Shown here piece by piece: positions 26,270 through 35,997 of a stretch of DNA of 64,000 nucleotides. Origin of the DNA: Dehalococcoidia bacterium (GTDB lineage: Bacteria; Chloroflexota; Dehalococcoidia; SHYB01). Below the pieces are notes generated by a model that searched no databases, was not told the origin of the DNA, and saw only the letters and a program-made list of their open reading frames with translations. The DNA lies in NCBI GenBank assembly GCA_965261455.1, contig OZ253453.1, positions 3,511,372-3,575,371 of the forward strand, in the 5' to 3' direction. The stretch's first letter is position 1, and every line of letters starts with the position of its first letter. The position numbers and the translations under genes are program-made.

Positions 26270-26745
26270 ACTTGGCGGCGCGGCCCCCGTCGCGGCACGT
26301 TTTGGGCGCACCGCGCCCTTTGTAGGCGTGCGTCGACCCGCGCCCAGGAGGGGGCGGGTCGACGCGGTCGCACACTCCCCTTGCGGAGAGGCGCGCGCCG
26401 GCACACGCTCAGTCGGGTGGTCCGGCGCAGGTGCACGCTCCCCTCGCGGGGAGGCGCGGCGCCGGGGACGCCACGGGGGCGAGTCGGCGCGGGTTGCACG
26501 CTCCCTTACGGGAGGCGCGGCGCCGGTTGGAGGCCCGGAGGCCCTTGGCCGGCGCAGGTGCACGCTCCCTTACGGGAGGCGCGGCGCCGGTTGGAGGCCG
26601 GGAGGCCCTTGGCCGGCGGAGGTGCACGCTCCCTTGCGGGAGGCGCAGAACACAGCTTCTCCCGCCGCTGCGCGGGGTAGCACTAATGTTCTAGGCTAAC
26701 GATAAACCCCCTTGACAAGCCTTGTCAAGTATCATCGGCGGGCAA
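26270..26745 (-). repeat. structured repeat element, copy B. It is the inverted copy of 4116-4620, with five GNRA-hairpin units (~26365-26648) and the perfect palindrome CTTGACAAGCCTTGTCAAG (26711-26729).
   Basis: The reverse complement aligns with 4116-4600, including the boundary motif CAGCCAATTTTGCCCGCCGATGATACTTGACAAGGCTTGTCAAGGGGGTTTATCGTTA. The Cheo box is degenerate here (GCACTAATGTTC). Confidence 0.6.
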
Positions 26746-27172
26746 AATTGGCTGTGGGGCCAAGGTGGAGCGGCGCCGGCCTCCCCCCGCCCCTCCGACG
26801 CGCCCTTGGGGCGCGTGCCCTCTTTCAGTTTCCCCCAGAGGGGGAAAGGCCGGAGGGGAGGGCGCCCACGAGGGGCGCCCCTACGAGATGGGAGGCGCGG
26901 CGGGTTTTGCAAGGGCCTCCAGAGGGGGAAAGGGGGATGAGCGGCCTGCTCCGCCCGTTCGAGCCGGACGCGGAATTGGCTGTGGGGCCAAGGTGGAGCG
27001 GCGCCCTCCCCACCCCGCCCCTCCGACGCGCCCTTTGGGCGCGTGCCCTCTTTCAGTTTCCCCCAGAGGGGGAAAGGCCGGAGGGGAGGGCGCCCACGAG
27101 GGGCGCCCCTACGAGATGGGAGGCGCGGCGCGGCGGGTTTTGCAAGGGCCTCCAGAGGGGGAGCGTAGGGAG
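26746..27172. repeat. 2 x ~228-bp tandem repeat built from REP-like hairpins (GCGCCCTTGGGGCGC, TTTCCCCCAGAGGGGGAAA, GGGCGCCCACGAGGGGCGCCC, GGGTTTTGCAAGGGCCTCCAGAGGGGGA)
   Basis: Unit 1 starts at 26746 and unit 2 at 26974, both beginning AATTGGCTGTGGGGCCAAGGTGGAGCGGCGCC. Near-identical units. Confidence 0.55.
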
Positions 27173-27173
27173 G

Positions 27174-28190
27174 CTATTCGAGGGCTGGGGCGATTTCTTT
27201 CATGAAGAGGCGGGCGCCTTCGAGGTAGGCTTCGATGGTGGTGGGCATGAAGTTGGTGACGAAGGATGTCGAGCCGGCTTCTTTGAAGGCGAGGAATTCG
27301 TCGCGCAACTCGTCTACCGTCCCCTTGCAGGTAAAGAAGTCGATTTCGGAGATGGGGCGGCGGCGGTCCCGCGTGGACTTGGGCAGGAAGTTCAGGGGCG
27401 GGGCACTGCTCATCACGTACTCCAGCGGCGGCTTGCCCGTCTTCTCTCGCTCCGCGTCGGCCCACTCCTTGAGCTCGACGAGGCGGCTGGTGGAGACGCT
27501 CGACGACTGCGCGCCGCTCGGTCCGCCCTCGGTCTTGCCCGACGGATTCTGCACCGGCGGATAAGCGAAGCAGGTGGGCGTCCAGCCCTCCCCCACGCGG
27601 ATGGCTCGCGCCAGGCTCGCCTTGCTGCTGCCGCCGACCCACACCTCGGGCCTGGGCTGCTGCACCGGACGGACCACCAGGCTCACGTCCTCGAAGCTAT
27701 AGAACTCGCCGGAGAAGCTGGCGCGCTCGTTGGCCCAGAGGCGGTAGATGATTTCGATGTATTCGTCGGTCATCTTGCCCCGCTTGTTTCGAGGGAGCCG
27801 CATCACCTCGAACTCCGTGAGGTCGGAGCCGACGCCGGGGCAGAAGAGGAGACGGCCCCCCGACAGGGAGTCGATCGTGGCGAGGCCATGGGCCACGCCG
27901 AAGGGCTGGCGGTAGGGGAGCACGAGGACGCGGGGCATGATCTTGACGCGCTCGGTGATCGAGGCCAGGTAGCCGAGCATGGCCTGGGGGTCGGCGTAGC
28001 GCCATCCGGGATTATCGTTGACGGTGTGGCCGGTCAGTGACTGTCCGGGGTGGAAGATGTGGTCGGGCATGGAGATGCCCCAGAAGCCAAGTTCCTCGAT
28101 CTCGCGGACCACCTTCTCGATGCCCGATTTCTCGCCACGGCGGGCGTCGTTGAGGAACAACGCGATGGGGATGCCCGTCACCAGTTTCAT
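27174..28190 (-). CDS. LLM-class F420/flavin-dependent oxidoreductase
   Basis: 338-aa luciferase-like TIM-barrel sequence. Confidence 0.75.
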   Translation of the reverse strand: MKLVTGIPIALFLNDARRGEKSGIEKVVREIEELGFWGISMPDHIFHPGQSLTGHTVNDNPGWRYADPQAMLGYLASITERVKIMPRVLVLPYRQPFGVAHGLATIDSLSGGRLLFCPGVGSDLTEFEVMRLPRNKRGKMTDEYIEIIYRLWANERASFSGEFYSFEDVSLVVRPVQQPRPEVWVGGSSKASLARAIRVGEGWTPTCFAYPPVQNPSGKTEGGPSGAQSSSVSTSRLVELKEWADAEREKTGKPPLEYVMSSAPPLNFLPKSTRDRRRPISEIDFFTCKGTVDELRDEFLAFKEAGSTSFVTNFMPTTIEAYLEGARLFMKEIAPALE

Positions 28191-28268
28191 TAGCCGGCCT
28201 CCTCGTGGGGGGGGGATGCTCCGGCGCGCCCGCCGGACTCGGGCATGATAGCGCCCTTGGGGCGCGGG

Positions 28269-29549
28269 TTACAGGGCGAGGCCGGGACTGGGCCGGGCGT
28301 CGAGCAGATCGACTTGCAGCCCGTCCTCCGCCGCGCCGGCCACGCGCACGCGGGTGAACTCGTTGCGGAGGTCGCGGTGGGAAGCGGTGAAGGCGCGGAC
28401 ATAGTGCTCGGTGAGGCCGCTCCAGCGTCCACCCTTCTCTTCTTCCCAGAGCACCACGGCCTCGCGGCCCTCGAAGCGCCGGCGGTAGGCCCGCGCCGAC
28501 CGGTCCGCCAGAGCGAGCAGGCGCGCCTCCCGCGCCGCCTTGGTCTTGGGGTCGAGGTGATCGGCGAAGTGGGCCGCCGACGTTCCCGGCCGGTGGGAAT
28601 AGGGGAAGACGTGAATCTGCGCGAAGCTCACCTCCTCGGCGAGCGCGGCGGTGGCGTCGAAGTCCGCAGCGGTCTCGCCGGGGAAGCCGACGATGATGTC
28701 GGTGGTGATCGCGATGTCGGGGACCGCCGCGCGCAGGCCCTCGACGCAGCGGCGGAAGTCCCCGGCGTCGTATCGGCGCCGCATGCGGTGTAGGACGGCG
28801 TCGCTCCCGCTCTGGAGCGGGACGTGGACGTGGGGGCAGAGCCGGCCGGTGCGGTAGAGCTCGATCATCCCGTCGGTGATCTCCTGGGGTTGGAGCGAAG
28901 AGAAGCGCAGCCGGGTCACGCCCGTCTTGTCGAGGGCGCGGCGGACGAGCTCCTCGTACCAGGTGCGGCCCGTTGGGGGCGGGCCGAACTCGTAGCCGTA
29001 GGAGCCGAGCTGGGTGCCGGTGAGGACGATCTCGCGGTAGCCGGCGGCGGTGCGGTCGCGCATCGTGTCGAGAATCTCGTCGATGGGGAGGCTGCGCTCG
29101 CGCCCCCGCGTCTTGGGCACGATGCAGTAGGCGCAGACCTGGTTGCACCCCTCTTGAATCTTGACCATAGAGCGCGCCCGCAGTCCGCCGGGCGCCGCCG
29201 AGGCGTCCGCCTCCTGAACACCGAGGATGTCGAGGAGGCGCATCTTGCCGCGGTTGTCGACGACGAGGTCGACCTCGGCCATGGCTTCGAGCTCTTGCGG
29301 CGCGCGGTGCGCGTAGCACCCCGTCGCGATGATCTGCGAGCCGGGGTTGCGCCGCTTGGCCCGCCGCAGCATCTGGCGCGACTTGCGGTCGGCGACGTGG
29401 GTGACGGTGCAGCTATTGAGGACGAAGACGTCGGGGCCGTCGGCGGGCGCGACGATGTCGTAGCCGGCGCGGGCGAAGGCCAGCGACAAGGCTTCGGCCT
29501 CGGACTGGTTGAGCTTGCAGCCCAGGTGGGTGACGGCGGCGGTCGGCAT
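28269..29549 (-). CDS. mtaB: tRNA (t6A37) methylthiotransferase MtaB-like radical-SAM MTTase
   Basis: N-terminal THLGCKLNQSEAEAL (MtaB-type), radical-SAM CNQVCAYC, C-terminal TRAM-like region. Internal ATG at 29549 with GGAGGG RBS. The listed 776-aa ORF over-extends into gatB. Confidence 0.7.
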   Translation of the reverse strand: MPTAAVTHLGCKLNQSEAEALSLAFARAGYDIVAPADGPDVFVLNSCTVTHVADRKSRQMLRRAKRRNPGSQIIATGCYAHRAPQELEAMAEVDLVVDNRGKMRLLDILGVQEADASAAPGGLRARSMVKIQEGCNQVCAYCIVPKTRGRERSLPIDEILDTMRDRTAAGYREIVLTGTQLGSYGYEFGPPPTGRTWYEELVRRALDKTGVTRLRFSSLQPQEITDGMIELYRTGRLCPHVHVPLQSGSDAVLHRMRRRYDAGDFRRCVEGLRAAVPDIAITTDIIVGFPGETAADFDATAALAEEVSFAQIHVFPYSHRPGTSAAHFADHLDPKTKAAREARLLALADRSARAYRRRFEGREAVVLWEEEKGGRWSGLTEHYVRAFTASHRDLRNEFTRVRVAGAAEDGLQVDLLDARPSPGLAL

Positions 29550-29645
29550 GGAGAAAGTTCCCTCCGGTAAGGGTACGGCATGGAGCGCCGTGCGTGGAAG
29601 CGCCCGTGGGCGGGATGGCCGGAGCGCGGTATACTCGGAAGCGTC

Positions 29646-31136
29646 ATGACTACGACCGCGAAGACTGAGTACGAACCCGTTATCGGCCTCGAAGTCCACG
29701 CGCAGCTTCTGACGCGGAGCAAGATGTTCAGCCGCTGCCCGACGGACTACCAGACCGCGCCGCCGAACTCGCGCGTCGACCCCGTGTCGATGGGGCTCCC
29801 CGGGGCGCTGCCGGTGATCAACCGCACCGCCGTCGAGTACACCGTGATGACGGGGATCGCGCTGCACTGCGTCATCAACGAGCACACCAAGTTCGACCGC
29901 AAGAACTACCCCTACCCCGACCTCGTCAAGGGCTTCCAGATATCGCAGTACGACGAGCCCATCGCCAGCAATGGCTGGCTGGAGATCGAGACCGAGGACG
30001 GCGGCGTCCGCCGTGCCGGCATTACGCGCGTGCACCTGGAAGAGGACACCGCGAAGCTGCTCCACCGCGCCGAACCAGGCGGCGAGGGCTACAGCCTCGT
30101 CGATCTCAACCGCTCCGGCATTCCTCTGATGGAGATCGTCGGCGAGCCTGATCTGCGCTCCGCCGAGGAGGCCCGCCACTACATGGTCAAGCTCCGCGCC
30201 ATCCTCCAGTACCTCGGCGTGAGCACCGGGAGCATGGAGGAGGGGAGCTTCCGCTGCGACGCCAACGTGAGCCTCCGGCCCAGGGGGAGCACGGAGCTTC
30301 CCCCGACCAAGGTTGAAGTCAAGAACATGAACAGCTTCCGCTCGGTCTACCAGGCCTTGCTGTTCGAGATCGAGCGCCAGACGGCGCGGATGGGCGCGGG
30401 CGAGCGGATCGTGCAGGAGACCCGCGGCTGGAACGAGGCCCGGGCGGCGACGGTGAGTCAGCGCAGTAAGGAACAGGCCCACGACTACCGCTACCTTCCC
30501 GAGCCGGACCTGCCACCGCTGGCGCTGGCCCCGGCCTGGGTGGAGGAGATCGCGGCGAGCCTCCCGGAGCTTCCCGACGCCCGTGGTCGCCGCTTTCAAG
30601 ACCAGTACGGTCTATCGGACTACGACGCCGCGCAACTGACCTCGACCAAGCCTATGGCGGACTTCTTCGAGGGGGTGGTGAAGGTCAACCCCTCGGCGGA
30701 CGAGCAGCCGCGCGCCAAGGCGGCAGCGAACTGGGTGCTCGGCGAGGTCAGCCGCCTGCTCAACGAGGCGGGTAAGGAGATCGGCGACGCGGATCTCAAG
30801 CTCTCCCCCAAGCATCTCGTCGAAGTGCTCGACCTGATCGACGCGAAAACGATCACGGGCAACGTCGCCAAGGAAGTCTTTGAAGAGAGCTTCGCTACCG
30901 GCAAGGCGCCCGGCGCCATTGTCAGGGAGAAGGGGCTGACCCAGATCTCCGCCGCGGACGACATGCTACCGATCGTCGACGCGGCGATCGCCGGCAACGA
31001 CAAGGCGGTCGCCGACTACCGGGCCGGCAAGGAGACCGCGATCAAGTTCCTCGTGGGCCAGGTGATGAAGGCGACGAAAGGCCGCGCCAATCCGGGCGTG
31101 GTGACGGAGATGCTGCGGGAGCGGCTCGGCGGGTAG
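29646..31136 (+). CDS. gatB: Asp/Glu-tRNA(Asn/Gln) amidotransferase subunit B
   Basis: [21 protein letters not shown]... canonical GatB start; ~496 aa. Confidence 0.9.
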   Translation: MTTTAKTEYEPVIGLEVHAQLLTRSKMFSRCPTDYQTAPPNSRVDPVSMGLPGALPVINRTAVEYTVMTGIALHCVINEHTKFDRKNYPYPDLVKGFQISQYDEPIASNGWLEIETEDGGVRRAGITRVHLEEDTAKLLHRAEPGGEGYSLVDLNRSGIPLMEIVGEPDLRSAEEARHYMVKLRAILQYLGVSTGSMEEGSFRCDANVSLRPRGSTELPPTKVEVKNMNSFRSVYQALLFEIERQTARMGAGERIVQETRGWNEARAATVSQRSKEQAHDYRYLPEPDLPPLALAPAWVEEIAASLPELPDARGRRFQDQYGLSDYDAAQLTSTKPMADFFEGVVKVNPSADEQPRAKAAANWVLGEVSRLLNEAGKEIGDADLKLSPKHLVEVLDLIDAKTITGNVAKEVFEESFATGKAPGAIVREKGLTQISAADDMLPIVDAAIAGNDKAVADYRAGKETAIKFLVGQVMKATKGRANPGVVTEMLRERLGG

Positions 31137-31185
31137 TGGCGTATACTGAACGGGACCGGCGGCCCGCCGGTCGAGGCGGAGACGT

Positions 31186-31413
31186 TTGGAAACGGCCCTC
31201 AACAGTGTAACGATAGTCCTGTCCGTCGTACTCGTCGGCATGGTATTGCTTCAGGTCAAAGGCAGCGGCGGCGGCCTCTTCGGCCAGGCTTACTCGTCGA
31301 ACTTCCGCAGTCGGCGCGGCTTCGAGCAGACACTCTTCCGCGGCACGATTTTCCTGACGGTGGTCTTTGTCATCCTCGCGCTGGTCAGTGCCCGTTTCAT
31401 CGATCGCGGGTGA
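31186..31413 (+). CDS. secG: preprotein translocase subunit SecG
   Basis: 75-aa two-TM protein with an LLQ-KGSGGG-FG glycine-rich loop typical of SecG. Confidence 0.7.
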   Translation: METALNSVTIVLSVVLVGMVLLQVKGSGGGLFGQAYSSNFRSRRGFEQTLFRGTIFLTVVFVILALVSARFIDRG

Positions 31414-32276
31414 CGCCCACCGTCACCCTCACGACCGACTTCGGCCACGGCGACGCCTACGCCGCCGCGATGAAGGGGGTCATCCTCACCAGCGCCCCCG
31501 GCGTCTCGTGCGTCGACATAACGCATGAGGTCCCGCCGCAGGACGTGCTGCACGGCGCCTACGTGCTCGCCGAGGCGGTCCCGTTCTTTCCCCAAGGCTC
31601 CGTCCACGCCGCCGTCGTCGATCCCGGTGTGGGGACGGCCCGCCGCGCCATCGCGGTGCGCGGCGGCGGCGTCCACCTCGTGGGCCCCGACAACGGCGTA
31701 CTGACCCTAGCCATCGAGGCGCTGCTGCCGGCATCCGCCGACTGGCCCCTTGCGAATGAGGCGGACGAGGAGGACGGCGCATTGGCGCGGACCGTCGAGT
31801 CGCCGGCGCCGACGGGTGTGGAGGTGTTCGAGCTTACCGACCCCGCCTACCGCCTCGCCGAGGTCAGCAACGTCTTCCACGGCCGCGACATCTTCGCTCC
31901 GGCGGCGGCGCATCTCTGCCTCGGCGTGGACGCGGCACGGATGGGCCCCCGGCTTGATACGCTGCGCCGGCTGCGCATCGCACGGCCCGCGCCGCCGGTG
32001 GACGGCGCGATCGCGGCGCGGGTCCTCCACGTCGATGGTTTCGGGAACGCCGTGACGAACCTTCGCCACACCGACGCCCCCAACGTCGCGTCGGTCGAGG
32101 CGGCGGGCCGCGTTATCGGCGGGGTGCGGCGCAGCTACGGGTCGGCGGAGGACGGTGCCCCGCTCGCTGTGTGGGGCAGCGGCGGACGCCTGGAAATCGC
32201 GGTCCGCAACGGAAGCGCGGCGCGGACGCTGGCCCTAGCGCGCGGCGACCGCGTACTGGCTCGGTTGGACGGATAG
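31410..32276 (+). CDS. SAM hydroxide adenosyltransferase family protein (DUF62)
   Basis: TDFGHGDAYAAAMKGVIL...HEVPPQDV...VVDPGVG motif set of the DUF62 family. Confidence 0.7.
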   Translation: MTPTVTLTTDFGHGDAYAAAMKGVILTSAPGVSCVDITHEVPPQDVLHGAYVLAEAVPFFPQGSVHAAVVDPGVGTARRAIAVRGGGVHLVGPDNGVLTLAIEALLPASADWPLANEADEEDGALARTVESPAPTGVEVFELTDPAYRLAEVSNVFHGRDIFAPAAAHLCLGVDAARMGPRLDTLRRLRIARPAPPVDGAIAARVLHVDGFGNAVTNLRHTDAPNVASVEAAGRVIGGVRRSYGSAEDGAPLAVWGSGGRLEIAVRNGSAARTLALARGDRVLARLDG

Positions 32277-32289
32277 GCGGGCCCTTTCC

Positions 32290-32530
32290 CCCGGCCTCGC
32301 TCCCTCTGGAGCCCTTTGCGTAACTTGGCGGGCGGGGAGGGAGCAGCGCCCTTCGGGCGCTCGCGCGCCTAGTGGCGCGCGCCCTCTCTCAGTCTCCCCC
32401 AGAGGGGGAGAGGCTTAAGCCAGCCCCACTCCGCTCCCCTCCGCCAAGACTCCGGTGGGTTTTGCAAAGATCTCCTCTGGCGGAGACTAAGAGGGGGCGC
32501 GCCGACAGGTGCGCCGACGCCCAAAGGGTG
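32290..32530. repeat. cluster of REP-like palindromes (core CCCTCTCTCAGTCTCCCCCAGAGGGGGAGAGG)
   Basis: Same hairpin family as 6396-6450 and 26746-27172; also shares the GGGTTTTGCAA motif. Confidence 0.4.
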
Positions 32531-32534
32531 ACCG

Positions 32535-33572
32535 CTACTCCTCGAAAAGGCTCGGCTGGTTCGAGGGGCCGCCCGATTCGGGGTAGGGCCGCTCGAGGTA
32601 CTCGTAGGCGAGGCGCGTGGCGATGCGCCCCCTGGGCGTGCGCTGGATGAAGCCGAGCTGGATGAGGTACGGCTCGTAGACGTCCATGATCGTGTCCGCC
32701 TCCTCGCTAAGCGACATCGCGAGGGTCTCGATGCCTACCGGCCCGCCCTCGAAACGGTCGATCACGGCGCCGAGGACGCGGAGGTCCATCTTGTCGAGGC
32801 CGCGGCGGTCGACCTGCATGCGGTCCAAGGCCTCGCGGCTGATGGCGGCGTCGAGCGTTCCGTCGCCCATGACCTGAGCGTAGTCGCGGACGCGCTTGAG
32901 GAGGCGGTTGGCCACGCGGGGCGTGCCTCGGGAGCGGGCGGCGATTTCGACGATAGCGTCGGGGTGGGCGCTGAGGCCGAAAATAGCCGCGGAGCGCGAC
33001 ACGATCAGCTCGATGGCCTCCGGCGAATAGAAGTCGAGGCGGTAGACCGCGCCGAAGCGGTCCCGCAGCGGCGCGCTCAGCATGGCATAGCGGGTGGTGG
33101 CGCCCACGAGGGTGAAGGGGGGGATCTTGAGCCGGATGCTGCGCGCCGTGGGGCCCTTGCCGATCACGATGTCGAGGGCGAAATCTTCCAGGGCGGGGTA
33201 GAGGATCTCCTCGACGCCCCGACTCAGGCGGTGAATCTCGTCGATGAACAGCACATCGTGCTTCTTGAGGTTCGTGAGGATGGCCGCCATGTCGCCGGGC
33301 CGCTCGACGGCGGGGCCCGACGTGATGCGGATGTTCACCCCCATCTCCGCCGCGATGATGTTGGCGAGCGTCGTCTTGCCCAGGCCGGGCGGCCCGTAGA
33401 GCAGCACGTGGTCCAGCGGCTCCTCCCGCTTTCGTGCCGCCAGCACGCTGATCCGAAGGTTGTCCTTAACCTCCTCTTGGCCGACGTACTCCTCCAGCGC
33501 CCGCGGACGCAGGGTCGTCTCGGCGTTGGTGTCCTCGGGCCGGGGCTTGGCTGAAACGATGCGCTCTTGCAT
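32535..33572 (-). CDS. ruvB: Holliday junction branch-migration helicase RuvB
   Basis: [11 protein letters not shown] Walker A, DEIHRL Walker B / sensor, full RuvB-like length; start taken at MQERIVS. Confidence 0.9.
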   Translation of the reverse strand: MQERIVSAKPRPEDTNAETTLRPRALEEYVGQEEVKDNLRISVLAARKREEPLDHVLLYGPPGLGKTTLANIIAAEMGVNIRITSGPAVERPGDMAAILTNLKKHDVLFIDEIHRLSRGVEEILYPALEDFALDIVIGKGPTARSIRLKIPPFTLVGATTRYAMLSAPLRDRFGAVYRLDFYSPEAIELIVSRSAAIFGLSAHPDAIVEIAARSRGTPRVANRLLKRVRDYAQVMGDGTLDAAISREALDRMQVDRRGLDKMDLRVLGAVIDRFEGGPVGIETLAMSLSEEADTIMDVYEPYLIQLGFIQRTPRGRIATRLAYEYLERPYPESGGPSNQPSLFEE

Positions 33573-33683
33573 CCGCCCTTGGCTGCGTTCGGGGGTAACC
33601 GGATGGCGCGGCCCGGACGGGCCGCGTTCCAAGGCCATGCTAGGAAGCGCTTCTAGAAGTGTCAAGGACGCCATGGCGGACTC

Positions 33684-33738
33684 GTTAACACAGAGTTAAT
33701 GCCCCGTTAACCGTCTGTTAGTGGAGGGTTAACGCGCC
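33684..33738 (+). promoter_or_regulatory. Pho-box array: five direct GTTAAyn heptamers at exact 11-bp phasing (starts 33684, 33695, 33706, 33717, 33728)
   Basis: GTTAACA-cag-a / GTTAATG-cccc / GTTAACC-gtct / GTTAGTG-gagg / GTTAACG. Resembles PhoP (TTAACA direct repeats, 11-bp period) / PhoB-type binding sites, ~60 bp upstream of the pstS start in the ruvB-pstS divergent region. Confidence 0.55.
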
Positions 33739-33799
33739 GGGCCGACCATGATCGCGCCAATGGTGAAAGAAGGCGTAAAGCGCCAAAAGGGGGCACGGA

Positions 33800-35653
33800 A
33801 TGAAGGAACGCAGCTTCCCGGCTTTTACGCTGTTGCGTAGCAAGTCGGCGATGCTCGCCACGCTCTTGGCCGCCGTCGCGCTGGTGGTCGCTGCCTGTGG
33901 CGGCGGCGAGGACCCAACGGCCGCGCCGACAGACGCCATGATGCCCAAGGAAGACCTCGGCAGCCTCTCCGGCGACGTGGACATCGACGGTTCGAGCACG
34001 GTCTTCCCCATCTCCGAGGCGGTCGCCGAGGAGTTCCGCTCGGTGGCGCCGAAGGTCCGCGTGCAGGTGGGCGTCTCCGGCACCGGCGGCGGCTTCAAGC
34101 GGTTCTGCGCCGGCGAGACCGACATCTCCGACGCCTCGCGCCTCATCAAGGGCTCCGAGCGTGAGATCTGCGCCGCCAACGGCATTGAGTTCGTCGAGAT
34201 GCTGGTGGGCTGGGACGGCCTCTCCGTCGTGGTCAACCCGGACAACGACTTTGTCGGCGAGCTCAGCATTGAAGAGCTGAAGAAGATCTACGAGCCGGGC
34301 TCGACGGTCAACAACTGGAACCAGGTCCGCGCCTCCTTCCCCGACGAAGAGCTGACCATCTTCGCTCCTGACGTGGACTCGGGCACGTTCGACTTCTTCA
34401 CCGACGAAGTGGTCGGCGAGGAGGGCGCCTCCCGCTCGGACTACACCGCCTCCTCGGACGACAACGTCCTTGTCCAGGGCATCGCCGGCGAGCGCGGCGC
34501 GAAGGGCTACTTCGGGTATGCCTACTACGCGGAGAACCAGGACAAGCTGAAGGTCCTCGGCGTGGACGGCGTCGTTCCCAACGAAGAGACGATCCTCTCC
34601 GGCGAGTACCCGCTCACCAGGCCGCTCTTCATCTACGTGAAGACCTCGTCGCTGAGCGAGAAGGCCCACGTGGCCGAGTTCGTGAAGTTCTACATCGCGA
34701 ACTCGCCGGAGCTCGTGGCCGACGTGGACTACGTGCCGGTGAGCACGGAGCAGTACGACACCGCCCGCGGCGCCATCGCCCGCATCCTGGGCCTGGCCGA
34801 CATCGAAACGGGCCTCTCCGGCGACGTGGACATCGACGGTTCGAGCACGGTCTTCCCCATCTCCGAGGCGGTGGCCGAGGAGTTCCGCTCCGTGGCGCCG
34901 AAGGTCCGCGTGCAGGTCGGCGTCTCCGGCACGGGCGGCGGCTTCAAGCGTTTCTGCGCCGGCGAGACGGACATCTCCGACGCCTCGCGCCTCATCAAGG
35001 GCTCCGAGCGTGAGATCTGCGCCGCCAACGGCATCGAGTTCGTCGAGATGCTGGTGGGCTGGGACGGGCTCTCCGTCGTGGTCAACCCGGACAACGACTT
35101 TGTTGACGAGCTCAGCATCGAAGAGCTGAAGAAGATCTACGAGCCGGGCTCGACGGTCAACAACTGGAACCAGGTCCGCGCCTCCTTCCCGGACGAAGAG
35201 CTGACCATCTTCGCCCCTGACGTGGACTCGGGCACGTTCGACTTCTTCACCGACGAAGTAGTCGGCGAGGAGGGCGCCTCCCGCTCGGACTACACTGCCT
35301 CCTCGGATGACAACGTGCTCGTCCAGGGCATCGCCGGCGAGCGCGGCGCGAAGGGCTACTTCGGGTACGCCTACTACGCGGAGAACCAGGACAAGCTGAA
35401 GGTCCTCGGCGTGGACGGCGTCGTTCCCAACGAAGAGACGATCCTCTCCGGCGAGTACCCGCTCACTAGGCCGCTCTTCATCTACGTGAGGGTGGACTCG
35501 CTGGTGGACAAGCCGCAGGTCCGCGAGTTCGTCCGCTTCTACATCGAGAACTCGCCGGAGCTCGTGGCCGACGTCGACTACGTGCCGGTAAGTGCCGAGC
35601 AGTACGACGACGCCCGCGGGGCCATCGCCCGCCTGACCGAGATCGGCCTCTAA
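33800..35653 (+). CDS. pstS: phosphate ABC transporter substrate-binding protein PstS, fused tandem duplication (two complete PBP domains)
   Basis: N-terminal signal/lipobox-like [14 protein letters not shown]. The [19 protein letters not shown]...[13 protein letters not shown] block occurs twice. The two halves (about 33960-34650 versus 34810-35500) are ~98% identical at the nucleotide level. Confidence 0.8.
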   Translation: MKERSFPAFTLLRSKSAMLATLLAAVALVVAACGGGEDPTAAPTDAMMPKEDLGSLSGDVDIDGSSTVFPISEAVAEEFRSVAPKVRVQVGVSGTGGGFKRFCAGETDISDASRLIKGSEREICAANGIEFVEMLVGWDGLSVVVNPDNDFVGELSIEELKKIYEPGSTVNNWNQVRASFPDEELTIFAPDVDSGTFDFFTDEVVGEEGASRSDYTASSDDNVLVQGIAGERGAKGYFGYAYYAENQDKLKVLGVDGVVPNEETILSGEYPLTRPLFIYVKTSSLSEKAHVAEFVKFYIANSPELVADVDYVPVSTEQYDTARGAIARILGLADIETGLSGDVDIDGSSTVFPISEAVAEEFRSVAPKVRVQVGVSGTGGGFKRFCAGETDISDASRLIKGSEREICAANGIEFVEMLVGWDGLSVVVNPDNDFVDELSIEELKKIYEPGSTVNNWNQVRASFPDEELTIFAPDVDSGTFDFFTDEVVGEEGASRSDYTASSDDNVLVQGIAGERGAKGYFGYAYYAENQDKLKVLGVDGVVPNEETILSGEYPLTRPLFIYVRVDSLVDKPQVREFVRFYIENSPELVADVDYVPVSAEQYDDARGAIARLTEIGL

Positions 35654-35677
35654 GAAGTCGATACAAGGCAACGCACA

Positions 35678-35714
35678 GGGAGGCCCCCGCCAGCGGCGGG
35701 GGCCTCCCTCTTTT
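35678..35714 (+). terminator. intrinsic terminator after pstS (GGGAGGCCCCCGCC-agc-GGCGGGGGCCTCCC followed by TCTTTTG)
   Basis: 14-bp perfect GC-rich stem followed by a T-tract, 25 nt after the pstS stop. Confidence 0.6.
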
Positions 35715-35997
35715 GAGACCTTTGTGTAACCGGGGCTGACTGGCGCGAGGGTGGCGGACTTCGATAGCCCGTGGCGGTTGCGAGGGTGCCCCTCATCTCA
35801 ATCTTCTCCCGTGGGGAGAAGAGGCAAGACCTCCCGGCCCCACCCATGCTTGCCCGTGGGCGGTTGTGCAAGGGTCTCCGTTTGGTGAGCACTCCAACCC
35901 TCTCCTCCCACCACCTTGACCCTCTGCTTGGCCTCGTGCTAGCTTCAGGCGCCCGCTATCCGAAACGTCCGGTTACCCGGAGAGAAGAGGAGCCCAC

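Noticed and set aside
26765-27205. 146-aa ORF inside the 228-bp tandem repeat
   Set aside because: The translation is a low-complexity duplicate of itself (the repeat read in one frame). No RBS, no family signal.
28269-30599. 776-aa ORF suggesting a giant MtaB
   Set aside because: The N-terminal 350 aa is a read-through over the gatB locus in another frame. The MtaB homology begins at the internal ATG (29549), which has a GGAGGG RBS.
33573-33683. LexA box upstream of ruvB
   Set aside because: No GAAC-N4-GTTC. There is only a GAAGCGCTTC/TTCTAGAA palindromic stretch (CTAGGAAGCGCTTCTAGAAG), of unknown meaning.
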